Source: a phage. Taken from it: 64,000 nt of DNA. The stretch lies in sequence record PZ452584.1; one strand, 5' to 3'. The notes beneath the pieces are model-generated. The model did not search any database. It had not been told where the DNA came from and was given only the letters and a program-made list of their open reading frames with translations. Position 1 is the first letter of the stretch. Each line of letters begins with the position of its first letter. Positions 12,817-23,241 of this stretch are shown here, one piece after another. The position numbers were made by a program, and so were the translations under genes.

Positions 12817-14523
12817 TTATGGATAGGTATAGATGATACCAGTTTCTAAAGCAGTTTTATGAATGATGTATCCATTACGCGATTCTTGAACATCAACTTC
12901 TGGATAGTCTTTCATCATCTTCTGAAGCGTATAACGATGCAGGTAGTATTTACTATCTGGATCTTCAGTTTTCCAATCTTTACCTTCTTCAGTCATTTTT
13001 TGGATTTCATCCATAACCCACCAACCGCACCAGATGTAAGCTGAAGTACGATGTGGAAGAGGATGGACATAAGGTAATTCACCTTCTGGTTCCGGAGCAA
13101 CTTTATCAGTCACTTGAACTTGACCTTCTGCTGTAATAGTTTTGCTATCATAGTCATCTGCAGTAACGACGGCAGTCACTTCAATAGTTTGACTTCCAAC
13201 AGATGAAGTATCAACGGTATATACATTAGTTGATCCTTCTACTGGAGAAGAATCTTTCTTCCATGAATAAGTAATTTGTGCCGGTTCGGGTGCACCAGTA
13301 ACATTAGCTGTAAATGTAGCCGAAGCATCTTGTTGAACGTTAATAGAAGGAGGAGTCAATGTAACCTGTGGATTCATTGTCTTCTTATTAACCGTTAATG
13401 ATACTTCATTAGAAGTAACTGTTTTTGCGTCATAATCCGTTGCTGTTACTTGGGCTACGCATTTAATTCTTTTTACTCCAACTGCAGTAGGAGTATAGCT
13501 AAATGTAGCGGAAGTTGCTTCACTAATTTGTGAATCATCTACATACCACTGATACGTAGCAGATGCTCCATCAGGTTGAGAAGCTAAAGCGGCGGTAAAT
13601 TCAACAGCTGTTCCAATTACTCCGGCAACAGGATTAGCAGGAGTTACAGCTAAGGTGGTCGTTTGTGTTTTCTTGTTAACAGTCAAAGATACTTCATTCG
13701 AAGTAACTTCCTTTTCATTGTAATTTTCTGCAGTTACTTGGGCTACGCATTTAATTCTTTTTACTCCACTTGTAGTTGGAGTGTAATTGAACGTAGCATT
13801 AGTTTCTCCAATAACTTGAGAACTGTCAACATACCATTTATATGTAGCAGACGCTCCAACGGGTCGAGAAGCTAAGGCAGCAGTAAATTGAACTGGGGTT
13901 CCAATTACTGCTGCTGGAGGACTATCAGGAGTTACTGCCAAAGTAGTTGTCTGCTCCTTTTTATTAACAGTCAGTGATACTTCATTAGAAGTAACGCTTA
14001 GTGCATCATAATCTGTCGCAGTTACTTGAGCCACACACTTAATTTTTTTAACTCCGCTTGTGGCAGGAGTGTAATTGAATGTAGCGCTAGTTGCTTCGTC
14101 CACAGGAGAACCGTCAACGTACCACTGGTATGTGGCGTTTGCACCAGATGGCTGCGAAGCTAAAGCGGCTGTAAATTGAACAGCTGTTCCGATTACTCCA
14201 GCGTCAGGGCTATTAGGAGTTACAGCTAAGGTGGTCGTTTGTGTCTTATTTTGAACTGTGATAGTTGTAGAAGCTTCTGCTGTTTCAGCTTCAGCTTCTG
14301 GAACTGTATTTGTTGCAACTACTTTAATAGTTTTTTGTCCAGCAGGCCCCTTTAATACATAATTAAAAGTTGCTTCAGCTCCATCTTGTGGAACATTATC
14401 TACGCTCCAAGCATAGGTAATAGTTCCACCTTCAGTTTGACCACTGGGTGCAGCAGTAAACTGCTTGGTTTCATCAATAACCCCTGTAGGTGTTTTAGGA
14501 GTTATATCAACTGTAAAAGTCAT
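12817..14523 (-). CDS. hoc: Hoc, highly immunogenic outer capsid protein with five Ig-like repeats
   Basis: 568 aa; N- and C-terminal regions match T4 Hoc; three near-identical ~96-aa Ig-like repeats visible. Confidence 0.92.
   Translation of the reverse strand: MTFTVDITPKTPTGVIDETKQFTAAPSGQTEGGTITYAWSVDNVPQDGAEATFNYVLKGPAGQKTIKVVATNTVPEAEAETAEASTTITVQNKTQTTTLAVTPNSPDAGVIGTAVQFTAALASQPSGANATYQWYVDGSPVDEATSATFNYTPATSGVKKIKCVAQVTATDYDALSVTSNEVSLTVNKKEQTTTLAVTPDSPPAAVIGTPVQFTAALASRPVGASATYKWYVDSSQVIGETNATFNYTPTTSGVKRIKCVAQVTAENYNEKEVTSNEVSLTVNKKTQTTTLAVTPANPVAGVIGTAVEFTAALASQPDGASATYQWYVDDSQISEATSATFSYTPTAVGVKRIKCVAQVTATDYDAKTVTSNEVSLTVNKKTMNPQVTLTPPSINVQQDASATFTANVTGAPEPAQITYSWKKDSSPVEGSTNVYTVDTSSVGSQTIEVTAVVTADDYDSKTITAEGQVQVTDKVAPEPEGELPYVHPLPHRTSAYIWCGWWVMDEIQKMTEEGKDWKTEDPDSKYYLHRYTLQKMMKDYPEVDVQESRNGYIIHKTALETGIIYTYP
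13375..14238 (-). repeat. Three tandem ~288-bp repeats encoding Ig-like domains within hoc
   Basis: DNA repeat units visibly similar; protein units begin TTTLAVTP. Confidence 0.85.
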
Positions 14524-14532
14524 AAGTTATCC

Positions 14533-15213
14533 TTATTTTAATGTTACGAAAGAAGAATTGCGTGTTTCACGAATTAAAACTGATCCGTCACGGTTAATGT
14601 AATAAATTAAGCTAAATAATGTTTGGTGCGCAGAAGCATGCTCAAAACTGGTTGGGTGAGATTTCCAATCAGGAGTTTCAGCAATCCATTGATAAATCCA
14701 CCAAGGAACGGTACAAAATCCTGGATTTTTTCCTAATAGTTGAAGATTTGGGCTAAAGTTTTCCGGAAGAGTAAATACAGACGGCTTTTCAGATTCAATA
14801 ATCTCAGCTACAGCCTGTTCGAATTTTTCTTCAACAAAAGGAGTATCTTCAATCAAAACTGAGGTATTTTCAGGAATTTTATCCGTTTCTACTACTTCAA
14901 TTTTAATGTCAGATTTAACCGGAGAATCAATCAGAAGTGCTGCTTCTGGATTGACTTCTTCATCGTCATATTTTAATCCCTCTGCAGCATCAGCAGCATC
15001 AATTAAGTCTTTAATAGATAACCCATCAGTCTCCGGCATGGGTTCACTAGCGAGCTTCTGGAGGGCTTCTTCAATATCAACAACGATATTATCAAAAGAT
15101 TTATTCTTTTTGACCTTTATACCAAACTGTTCAGCATATTCAGCTAATTTAGCTTTAGCTTCTTTATTATCATCAAGAGCCTTCAGCTCTGCAATATAAT
15201 CTTTATCTATCAT
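14533..15213 (-). CDS. inh: Inh, inhibitor of prohead protease
   Basis: 226 aa; position downstream of hoc as in T4. Confidence 0.85.
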   Translation of the reverse strand: MIDKDYIAELKALDDNKEAKAKLAEYAEQFGIKVKKNKSFDNIVVDIEEALQKLASEPMPETDGLSIKDLIDAADAAEGLKYDDEEVNPEAALLIDSPVKSDIKIEVVETDKIPENTSVLIEDTPFVEEKFEQAVAEIIESEKPSVFTLPENFSPNLQLLGKNPGFCTVPWWIYQWIAETPDWKSHPTSFEHASAHQTLFSLIYYINRDGSVLIRETRNSSFVTLK

Positions 15214-15226
15214 AATATTTCCTCAG

Positions 15227-15234
15227 TATAAATA
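15227..15234 (+). promoter_or_regulatory. Late promoter TATAAATA for uvsW
   Basis: Exact motif 30 nt before ATG. Confidence 0.7.
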
Positions 15235-15263
15235 TAGATATATTTATTACATGGTATTTAGAC

Positions 15264-16775
15264 ATGACTGACATTAAAGTACATTTTTATGATTTTAGTC
15301 ACGTGAGAATTGATTGTGAAGAAAGTACATTTCATGAACTCCGTGATTTCTTTAGCTTTGAAGCTGATGGGTATCGTTTTAATCCGAAGTACAGATATGG
15401 CCACTGGGATGGACGAATCCGTCTTTTAGATTATAATCGACTTCTTCCATTCGGCTTAGTCGGGCAAATTAAAAAGTTCTGTGATAACTTTGGCTATAAA
15501 GCCTGGATTGACCCACAAATTAACGAAAAAGAAGAATTATCAAGAAAAGATTTTGATGAATGGCTTTCTAAATTAGAAATTTATTCAGGAAATAAAAGAA
15601 TTGAACCACATTGGTATCAAAAAGATGCAGTGTTCGAAGGATTAGTTAATCGTCGTAGAATTCTTAATCTTCCAACATCCGCCGGTAAATCTTTAATTCA
15701 AGCTTTGCTTGCGCGATATTATTTGGAAAATTATGAAGGTAAAATTCTTATCATTGTTCCAACAACTGCTTTGACAACTCAGATGGCTGATGACTTTGTT
15801 GACTATCGTTTATTCAGTCATGCAATGATAAAGAAAATTGGTGGCGGAGCATCAAAAGATGATAAATATAAAAATGATGCACCAGTCGTTGTTGGTACAT
15901 GGCAAACTGTAGTTAAACAACCGAAAGAATGGTTCTCACAGTTTGGAATGATGATGAATGATGAATGTCATCTTGCTACAGGAAAAAGTATTTCATCTAT
16001 CATATCAGGTTTAAATAACTGCATGTTTAAATTTGGTCTATCAGGTTCATTACGTGATGGCAAAGCTAATATCATGCAGTATGTTGGAATGTTTGGTGAA
16101 ATATTTAAGCCAGTAACGACTTCTAAATTAATGGAAGATGGACAAGTAACTGAGTTAAAAATTAATAGTATTTTTCTTCGTTATCCCGATGAGTTTACTA
16201 CTAAATTAAAGGGAAAAACTTACCAAGAAGAAATAAAAATTATTACTGGGCTTAGTAAAAGAAATAAATGGATCGCTAAATTAGCTATTAAGCTTGCGCA
16301 AAAAGATGAAAACGCTTTTGTCATGTTTAAACATGTATCGCATGGTAAAGCTATTTTCGATTTAATTAAAAATGAATACGATAAAGTTTATTACGTATCA
16401 GGGGAAGTTGATACCGAAACCCGCAATATAATGAAAACCTTAGCTGAAAACGGTAAAGGAATAATTATAGTAGCTAGTTATGGTGTATTTTCTACTGGTA
16501 TTTCAGTTAAAAATCTGCATCACGTTGTTTTAGCGCACGGTGTTAAATCAAAAATCATTGTATTACAAACAATCGGTCGTGTATTACGTAAGCATGGTTC
16601 TAAGACAATAGCAACAGTCTGGGACCTCATAGATGATTGTGGTGTTAAGCCAAAATCTGCTAATACGAAAAAGAAATATGTTCATTTGAACTATCTTTTA
16701 AAACACGGCATTGATCGTATTCAGCGCTACGCAGATGAAAAATTTAATTACGTAATGAAAACAGTTAATTTATAA
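15264..16775 (+). CDS. uvsW: UvsW DNA/RNA helicase (SF2)
   Basis: 503 aa; Walker A PTSAGKS, DECH box; late promoter at 15227. Confidence 0.95.
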   Translation: MTDIKVHFYDFSHVRIDCEESTFHELRDFFSFEADGYRFNPKYRYGHWDGRIRLLDYNRLLPFGLVGQIKKFCDNFGYKAWIDPQINEKEELSRKDFDEWLSKLEIYSGNKRIEPHWYQKDAVFEGLVNRRRILNLPTSAGKSLIQALLARYYLENYEGKILIIVPTTALTTQMADDFVDYRLFSHAMIKKIGGGASKDDKYKNDAPVVVGTWQTVVKQPKEWFSQFGMMMNDECHLATGKSISSIISGLNNCMFKFGLSGSLRDGKANIMQYVGMFGEIFKPVTTSKLMEDGQVTELKINSIFLRYPDEFTTKLKGKTYQEEIKIITGLSKRNKWIAKLAIKLAQKDENAFVMFKHVSHGKAIFDLIKNEYDKVYYVSGEVDTETRNIMKTLAENGKGIIIVASYGVFSTGISVKNLHHVVLAHGVKSKIIVLQTIGRVLRKHGSKTIATVWDLIDDCGVKPKSANTKKKYVHLNYLLKHGIDRIQRYADEKFNYVMKTVNL

Positions 16776-16787
16776 GGGCTTCGGCCC
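16776..16787 (+). terminator. Hairpin after uvsW
   Basis: GGGC-TTCG-GCCC then TTT. Confidence 0.6.
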
Positions 16788-16800
16788 TTTGGAGAAAAAG

Positions 16801-17031
16801 ATGTTACTAGAATTTAAACAATTTCTTTATGAAGCTTCTATTGACGAATTTATGGGTAAAATTGCCTCTTGTCAAACGATAGAAGGTTTAGAAGAACTTG
16901 AAGCTTATTACAAGAAAAGAGTTAAAGAAACTGAATTAAAAGATACTGATGACATCTCAGTCAGAGATGCTTTGGCAGGAAAAAGAGCTGAATTAGAAGA
17001 TTCAGACGATGAAGTAGAAGAAAGCTTTTAA
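16801..17031 (+). CDS. uvsW.1: UvsW.1 small acidic protein
   Basis: Start moved to ATG 16801 (GGAG at 16791); 76 aa; track ORF starts at TTG 16789. Confidence 0.8.
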   Translation: MLLEFKQFLYEASIDEFMGKIASCQTIEGLEELEAYYKKRVKETELKDTDDISVRDALAGKRAELEDSDDEVEESF

Positions 17032-17086
17032 ATTAAAAAAGGCCCAACCAAAAAGGAAGGGCCAAAACTATAGACTAAAGGTCACA

Positions 17087-17254
17087 CTATAGCAAAAGTT
17101 GTGTTTCATTTAATTGTTCTTCCGAACTTTCTGAAACTGGTAGTTCTTTAATGTAATTATAGCAAGGCCCAGGATGTACAGGACCTTTGTCTGTTTCAAC
17201 AACCAATGCAGAATCGATTGGAGTTTTACAGACAACACAAATCTTATCTGACAT
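17087..17254 (-). CDS. Small CxxC protein (uvsY-downstream ORF, not in ORF track)
   Basis: 55-codon ORF read by hand; GAGGAG 6 nt before ATG; TATAAATA at 17280-17287. Confidence 0.6.
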   Translation of the reverse strand: MSDKICVVCKTPIDSALVVETDKGPVHPGPCYNYIKELPVSESSEEQLNETQLLL

Positions 17255-17279
17255 GATTGTCTCCTCTAAATTATATATC

Positions 17280-17287
17280 TATTTATA
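17280..17287 (-). promoter_or_regulatory. Late promoter TATAAATA for small ORF 17087..17254
   Basis: Motif on minus strand followed by GAGGAG SD. Confidence 0.6.
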
Positions 17288-17507
17288 CAACTCTCATATG
17301 CATATCAATGCCCATATCTTTAGAATAAAAATATTCATCAAGATATCCGGCAAATTTTCCTTTAATATAAAGGACATCTTCACCACATGGGTGGTCGGCC
17401 AGGATACGAATATCCTGACGCTTGAGATTATACTTTTTCATTAAGAATTGAATTTCCGTTTCGAATTCTTCTTCATAATTAAAAGCATCATCAATATTAT
17501 ATCTCAT
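17283..17507 (-). CDS. Hypothetical small protein downstream of uvsY
   Basis: 74 aa ORF; start overlaps uvsY stop. Confidence 0.65.
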   Translation of the reverse strand: MRYNIDDAFNYEEEFETEIQFLMKKYNLKRQDIRILADHPCGEDVLYIKGKFAGYLDEYFYSKDMGIDMHMRVV

Positions 17508-17920
17508 TATTTTCCAGCCTCAAATGCCCGCATGTCTTGAATATGCTTAATAGCAAATCCACGTGATTTAATAGCATCAAGAGCTCCGCTACAGAAATCC
17601 AATAAAATTCCCCAATATTGTAATGAAGTATCAACTTTTAAAACATCCTTATCAGCTGATAGAACTGTCTTCATTTCTGATTTCTCGTAACGATCCATAC
17701 TAAATTCATCACCATCTCCTCGTCCCGAGTAGTAGTCTAATTTAGCTTTAAGAGCAACTTTTTTCTGTGCATCAATTCTAAGCATTTCCTTTTTAATACT
17801 TGAATGCTTATTAAGCCATTTACTATATAACATCACATTATTAGCTGCTTCATACTGCAATTTAGTCGAATCTATAAACACATCTTTCTTCAATTCTTCT
17901 TGAAGATCTTCTAATCTCAT
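17507..17920 (-). CDS. uvsY: UvsY recombination mediator
   Basis: 137 aa as in T4; MotA-box middle promoter upstream. Confidence 0.93.
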   Translation of the reverse strand: MRLEDLQEELKKDVFIDSTKLQYEAANNVMLYSKWLNKHSSIKKEMLRIDAQKKVALKAKLDYYSGRGDGDEFSMDRYEKSEMKTVLSADKDVLKVDTSLQYWGILLDFCSGALDAIKSRGFAIKHIQDMRAFEAGK

Positions 17921-17950
17921 ATTGTTCTCTATTCAATTGTTATTGGATGG

Positions 17951-17978
17951 ACTTAGATTCATTATACCACGTTTTAAC
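17951..17978 (-). promoter_or_regulatory. MotA-dependent middle promoter for uvsY
   Basis: Minus-strand ATGCTTCA box, 13-nt spacer, TATAAT. Confidence 0.6.
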
Positions 17979-17986
17979 GTGAAGCA

Positions 17987-18385
17987 TTATACTCTATTAC
18001 TGGAAGCCAGTTGCAGTTTTATCTGCTCAATATCATCGGGGTTATCGATGACCGAAAAGCGTATTTCTACTATCAGAGTATAATCATCATAAACTGGTAT
18101 TACATTAACTGATAATTTATCAATACGTGGCTCATAGTTTCTTACTGCGCTTTCGATATTGCGCTCAACTGTGTCAGCAGTAAGAGGAGTCATATTTTCA
18201 AAAAGCTGGTCGGACAAATCACATCCAAATTCAGGGTCAAACGGTCTTGAACCTTTTCTTGTTGTAATAATTCCCAAAAGACTGTTTTTAATTGACCTTA
18301 ATCCAAGCGATCTGGAAACGTCTTTGTCCCAGTCCATTTTCATTTCTGGGTCGATGTCAGAATAAAGCTTATTAATATTTGCCAT
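17987..18385 (-). CDS. 25: Baseplate wedge protein gp25 (lysozyme-like fold)
   Basis: 132 aa; T4 order 25-26 divergent from 51. Confidence 0.92.
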   Translation of the reverse strand: MANINKLYSDIDPEMKMDWDKDVSRSLGLRSIKNSLLGIITTRKGSRPFDPEFGCDLSDQLFENMTPLTADTVERNIESAVRNYEPRIDKLSVNVIPVYDDYTLIVEIRFSVIDNPDDIEQIKLQLASSNRV

Positions 18386-19011
18386 TATAGTAACTCAAAG
18401 AACTCTTTGAGGCCTCTTATTACATGAGCATGGGTTTTTCCACACTCTGGACATTTAATTGGAACAGCCAAATAAACGGTAGGCTTTAAAAGCATATCTT
18501 TTATAGCTACAATATCTGACTCTGTGATGATAGAATATAAATCTTCTAGTTCCTTTTCATTTAAGTCTTCAACTGGAATGCTTTCCCCGTTAGCATGAAT
18601 CGTTTCTATGCATGATACTATCATGTGGGCTATATTTTTATCATCAAAAATTTTAGGGTATCGGAATTTAATTTTAATGTCACCTAGTGTATACCAGAGG
18701 TCTTCTGGTGCATCTATTTGTGTATGTAATAGATTTATATGGGTTGGTATTTCAGTTCCACAGGTGCACTTCCAGGAGTTTTCGTGATTAACTTCACCAA
18801 GAGAATGTGTCCATAAATGAATCAACAGTAGTTCTGATTCTTGGCGGTTTAAATCTTTTGCATTTGTGCAGTCTTTGATTAGCTTTTTAACAATTACTTC
18901 TACAGAACCATTATTTTTGGCAGTAATAAGTTCTAGATATTCTTTAAGCGTGAATGCGCGACAGTTGATTATTTTAGAACCAACTCTCACATCAAATTTG
19001 TATTCATACAT
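18385..19011 (-). CDS. 26: Baseplate hub protein gp26
   Basis: 208 aa; late promoter at 19033-19040 on minus strand. Confidence 0.9.
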   Translation of the reverse strand: MYEYKFDVRVGSKIINCRAFTLKEYLELITAKNNGSVEVIVKKLIKDCTNAKDLNRQESELLLIHLWTHSLGEVNHENSWKCTCGTEIPTHINLLHTQIDAPEDLWYTLGDIKIKFRYPKIFDDKNIAHMIVSCIETIHANGESIPVEDLNEKELEDLYSIITESDIVAIKDMLLKPTVYLAVPIKCPECGKTHAHVIRGLKEFFELL

Positions 19012-19032
19012 ATTTAGCTCCTTTATTTATCA

Positions 19033-19040
19033 TATTTATA
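19033..19040 (-). promoter_or_regulatory. Late promoter TATAAATA for genes 26-25
   Basis: Minus-strand motif overlapping the plus-strand one. Confidence 0.65.
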
Positions 19041-19044
19041 AATA
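19037..19044 (+). promoter_or_regulatory. Late promoter TATAAATA for gene 51
   Basis: Exact motif. Confidence 0.7.
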
Positions 19045-19061
19045 GAATAAAAGGAGCATCT

Positions 19062-19814
19062 ATGGCAAACATTATTCGTTGTAAATTACCAGATGGTGTT
19101 CATCGTTTTAAACCATTTACGGTAGAAGATTATCGAGATTTTTTGTTAGTTCGAAACGATATAGAACATCGGTCACCACAAGAACAAAAAGAAGTAATTG
19201 CTGATTTAATTGCTGATTATTTTGGAGACTATCCAAAGACTTGGCAACCATTTATATTTTTGCAGGTATTTGTAGGGTCAATAGGTAAAACTAAAGTACC
19301 AGTCACATTCGTGTGTCCAAAATGTAAAAAAGAAAAGACAGTTCCATTTGAAATATACCAAAAAGAATTAAAGGAGCCTGTTTTTGATGTAGCTAATGTT
19401 AAAATTAAATTAAAGTTTCCTTCTGAGTTTTATGAAAATAAAGCAAAGATGATTACTGAAAATATTCATTCTGTTCAAGTAGATGAAATATGGTATGATT
19501 GGAAGGAAATTAGTGAATCAAGCCAAATAGAACTTGTTGATGCCATCGAGATAGAAACATTAGAAAAAATTCTCGATGCAATGAATCCTATTAATTTAAC
19601 ATTGCACATGTCGTGTTGTAATAAGTATGTAAAAAAATACACTGATATAGTAGATGTGTTTAAGCTATTAGTTAACCCAGATGAGATATTTACTTTTTAT
19701 CAAATTAATCACACACTTGTAAAAAGTAATTATAGCTTAAATTCAATAATGAAAATGATTCCTGCCGAGCGCGGATTCGTATTAAAACTGATTGAGAAGG
19801 ATAAACATCAATGA
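19062..19814 (+). CDS. 51: Baseplate hub assembly catalyst gp51
   Basis: 250 aa; late promoter at 19037. Confidence 0.9.
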   Translation: MANIIRCKLPDGVHRFKPFTVEDYRDFLLVRNDIEHRSPQEQKEVIADLIADYFGDYPKTWQPFIFLQVFVGSIGKTKVPVTFVCPKCKKEKTVPFEIYQKELKEPVFDVANVKIKLKFPSEFYENKAKMITENIHSVQVDEIWYDWKEISESSQIELVDAIEIETLEKILDAMNPINLTLHMSCCNKYVKKYTDIVDVFKLLVNPDEIFTFYQINHTLVKSNYSLNSIMKMIPAERGFVLKLIEKDKHQ

Positions 19815-20986
19815 GTATGTTACAACGCCCTGGATATCCAAATCTCAGCGTTAAATTATTTGATAGCTACGACGCTTGGAGTAATAATAGATTTGTTGAA
19901 TTAGCTGCTACTATTACCACATTAACTATGCGGGATTCTCTTTATGGACGAAATGAAGGAATGCTGCAGTTTTATGATTCTAAAAATATCCACACAAAAA
20001 TGGATGGAAATGAAATAATTCAAATTTCTGTAGCTAATGCAAACGATATTAATAATGTTAAAACACGAATTTATGGATGCAAGCATTTTTCCGTGTCAGT
20101 AGATTCAAAAGGCGATAACATCATTGCTATTGAATTGGGAACTATTCATTCTATAGAAAATCTTAAATTTGGTAGACCGTTTTTCCCTGATGCAGGTGAA
20201 TCTATAAAAGAAATGCTTGGCGTCATTTATCAAGACCGTACATTATTAACTCCAGCTATAAATGCTATAAATGCTTATGTTCCTGATATTCCATGGACTA
20301 GCACATTTGAAAACTATTTGTCATATGTTAGAGAAGTTGCTCTAGCTGTAGGAAGCGACAAATTTGTATTTGTGTGGCAAGACATCATGGGAGTTAACAT
20401 GATGGACTATGATATGATGATAAACCAAGAACCATATCCAATGATTGTCGGCGAGCCATCTTTAATAGGTCAATTCATCCAAGAATTAAAATACCCATTA
20501 GCATATGATTTCGTTTGGTTGACTAAATCGAATCCTCACAAACGTGACCCAATGAAAAATGCTACTATCTATGCGCATTCATTTTTAGATTCTTCATTGC
20601 CAATGATTACTACGGGAAAGGGCGAAAACTCTATTGTAGTGTCAAGGTCAGGTGCTTATTCTGAAATGACTTATAGGAATGGATATGAAGAAGCTATTCG
20701 TCTTCAGACTATGGCACAGTATGATGGTTACGCTAAGTGTTCTACTGTCGGTAATTTTAACTTGACTCCTGGTGTTAAAATTATTTTTAATGATAGTAAA
20801 AACCAATTTAAAACAGAATTTTACGTTGATGAAGTTATCCATGAATTATCCAATAATAATTCAGTAACTCATCTATATATGTTCACTAATGCAACGAAAC
20901 TGGAAACAATAGACCCAGTTAAGGTTAAAAATGAATTTAAATCTGATACTACCACTGAAGAAAGTAGTTCTTCCAATAAGCAATAA
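19811..20986 (+). CDS. 27: Baseplate hub protein gp27
   Basis: 391 aa as in T4. Confidence 0.94.
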   Translation: MSMLQRPGYPNLSVKLFDSYDAWSNNRFVELAATITTLTMRDSLYGRNEGMLQFYDSKNIHTKMDGNEIIQISVANANDINNVKTRIYGCKHFSVSVDSKGDNIIAIELGTIHSIENLKFGRPFFPDAGESIKEMLGVIYQDRTLLTPAINAINAYVPDIPWTSTFENYLSYVREVALAVGSDKFVFVWQDIMGVNMMDYDMMINQEPYPMIVGEPSLIGQFIQELKYPLAYDFVWLTKSNPHKRDPMKNATIYAHSFLDSSLPMITTGKGENSIVVSRSGAYSEMTYRNGYEEAIRLQTMAQYDGYAKCSTVGNFNLTPGVKIIFNDSKNQFKTEFYVDEVIHELSNNNSVTHLYMFTNATKLETIDPVKVKNEFKSDTTTEESSSSNKQ

Positions 20987-21464
20987 AGAAGTTTCTATTC
21001 CTAAAATGGGTCTTAAACATTATAACATTTTAAAAGATGTTAAAGGTCCTGATGAAAATTTAAAACTTCTTATTGATTCTATTTGTCCGAATTTATCACC
21101 GGCAGAAGTTGATTTCGTTTCTATTCATTTATTGGAATTTAATGGAAAGATTAAATCTCGTAAAGAAATAGATGGTTATACTTATGACATTAATGATGTT
21201 TATGTGTGCCAAAGATTAGAATTTCAATACCAAGGAAATACATTTTATTTTAGACCTCCTGGAAAATTTGAACAATTTTTAACGGTGAGCGATATGTTAT
21301 CCAAATGCTTGCTTAAGGTCAATGATGAAGTTAAAGAAATTAATTTTCTTGAGATGCCAGCATTCGTTTTAAAATGGGCAAATGATATTTTTACAACTTT
21401 AGCAATTCCTGGCCCTAATGGTCCAATAACCGGAATTGGCAATATTATTGGATTATTTGAATGA
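20931..21464 (+). CDS. 28: Baseplate hub distal subunit gp28
   Basis: 177 aa; overlaps 27 3' end. Confidence 0.9.
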   Translation: MNLNLILPLKKVVLPISNKEVSIPKMGLKHYNILKDVKGPDENLKLLIDSICPNLSPAEVDFVSIHLLEFNGKIKSRKEIDGYTYDINDVYVCQRLEFQYQGNTFYFRPPGKFEQFLTVSDMLSKCLLKVNDEVKEINFLEMPAFVLKWANDIFTTLAIPGPNGPITGIGNIIGLFE

Positions 21465-23233
21465 AAAAGCCACAAGAAATGCAAACGATGCGTAGAAAAG
21501 TTATTTCAGATAATAAACCAACACAGGAAGCGGCTAAATCCGCTTCTAACACTTTATCTGGACTTAACGATATATCTACGAAATTGGATGATGCTCAAGC
21601 TGCTTCTGAATTAATTGCTCAAACTGTCGAAGAAAAATCGAATGAAATAATTGGAGCAATTGACAGCGTAGAAAACGCAGTGAGTGATACTACTGCTGGT
21701 TCTGAGTTAATTGCTGAAACTGTTGAAATTGGCAACAATATTAATAAAGAAATAGGTGAATCACTCGGGAGCAAATTAGATAAATTAACAAGTTTACTAG
21801 AGCAAAAAATTCAGACAGCTGGAATTCAACAAACCGGAACTAGTTTAGCAGTAGTCGAAAATGCTATTCCTGTTAAAGTTGTTGAGGATGATACAGCCGA
21901 ATCTGTGGGTCCTTTATTACCGGCCCCCGAAGCAGTTAATAATGATCCTGATGCTGATTTTTTCCCTACCCCTCAGCCAGTTGAGCCCAAACAAGAATCA
22001 CCAGAAGAAAAACAGAAAAAAGAAGCATTTAACTTAAAATTATCTCAAGCTTTAGATAAATTAACAAAGACAGTTGATTTTGGATTTAAAAAATCCATTT
22101 CAATTACTGATAAAATATCAAGCATGCTATTTAAGTACACCATCAGTGCTGCTATTGAAGCTGCTAAAATGACTGCAATGATATTGGCTGTTGTTGTTGG
22201 AATAGACCTGTTGATGGTTCATTTTAAATACTGGTCAGATAAATTTTCAAAAGCCTGGGATTTATATGATACTAACTTTAATAAATTCTCTACCGAAACC
22301 GGAACATGGGGTCCTTTATTACAGAGCATCTTTGGTTCTATTGATAAAATTAGACAACTTTGGGAAGAGGGAGATTGGGGTGGATTGACAGCAGCTATTG
22401 TTGAAGGACTCGGAAGTGTTCTTTTTAATTTAGGTGAACTTATTCAATTAGGTATGGCTAAATTATCTGCAGCAATTCTTCGAGTCATTCCTGGCATGAA
22501 GGATACTGCTGATGAAGTAGAAGGAAGAGCACTAGAAAATTTCCAAAATTCTACTGGAGCATCTCTCAATAAAGAAGACCAGGAAAAAGTTGCAAATTAT
22601 CAAGATAAACGAATGAACGGAGACCTTGGTCCGATAGCAAAAGGATTAGATAAAATTGCTAATTGGAAAACTCGTGCATCTAATTGGATTCGTGGGGTTG
22701 ATAATAAAGAAGCACTAACTACCGACGAAGAACGTGCAGCAGAAGAAGAAAAATTAAAGCAGCTTTCACCTGAAGAAAGAAAAAATGCTTTAATGAAGGC
22801 TAATGAAGCACGTGCCGCGATGATTCGTTTTGAAAAATATGCTGATTCAGCTGATATGAGTAAAGACTCAACGGTTAAATCAGTTGAAGCTGCCTATGAA
22901 GACCTTAAAAAACGGATGGATGACCCGGATTTAAATAATTCACCGGCAGTTAAAAAAGAACTTGCTGCTAGATTTTCTAAAATTGATGCTACTTATCAAG
23001 AGCTCAAGAAAAATCAGCCTAATGCCAAACCTGAAACTTCTGCTAAATCGCCAGAAGCGAAACAGGTCCAGGTTATTGAAAAGAACAAAGCACAGCAAGC
23101 TCCTGTTCAACAAGCATCTCCTTCAATCAATAATACTAATAATGTTATTAAGAAAAATACTGTCGTTCATAATATGACACCTGTCACGAGCACGACTGCT
23201 CCTGGTGTATTTGATGCGACTGGAGTTAATTAA
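21461..23233 (+). CDS. 29: Baseplate hub / tail length determinator gp29
   Basis: 590 aa as in T4. Confidence 0.93.
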   Translation: MKKPQEMQTMRRKVISDNKPTQEAAKSASNTLSGLNDISTKLDDAQAASELIAQTVEEKSNEIIGAIDSVENAVSDTTAGSELIAETVEIGNNINKEIGESLGSKLDKLTSLLEQKIQTAGIQQTGTSLAVVENAIPVKVVEDDTAESVGPLLPAPEAVNNDPDADFFPTPQPVEPKQESPEEKQKKEAFNLKLSQALDKLTKTVDFGFKKSISITDKISSMLFKYTISAAIEAAKMTAMILAVVVGIDLLMVHFKYWSDKFSKAWDLYDTNFNKFSTETGTWGPLLQSIFGSIDKIRQLWEEGDWGGLTAAIVEGLGSVLFNLGELIQLGMAKLSAAILRVIPGMKDTADEVEGRALENFQNSTGASLNKEDQEKVANYQDKRMNGDLGPIAKGLDKIANWKTRASNWIRGVDNKEALTTDEERAAEEEKLKQLSPEERKNALMKANEARAAMIRFEKYADSADMSKDSTVKSVEAAYEDLKKRMDDPDLNNSPAVKKELAARFSKIDATYQELKKNQPNAKPETSAKSPEAKQVQVIEKNKAQQAPVQQASPSINNTNNVIKKNTVVHNMTPVTSTTAPGVFDATGVN

Positions 23234-23241
23234 GGAATAAT

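Noticed and set aside
17041-17065. GGCCC...GGGCC hairpin after uvsW.1 as a terminator
   Set aside because: 5-bp stem with a 13-nt loop is weak; noted but not called.
22962-23177. 71-aa plus-strand ORF inside gene 29
   Set aside because: Alternative frame of a K/L-rich region within a conserved structural gene.
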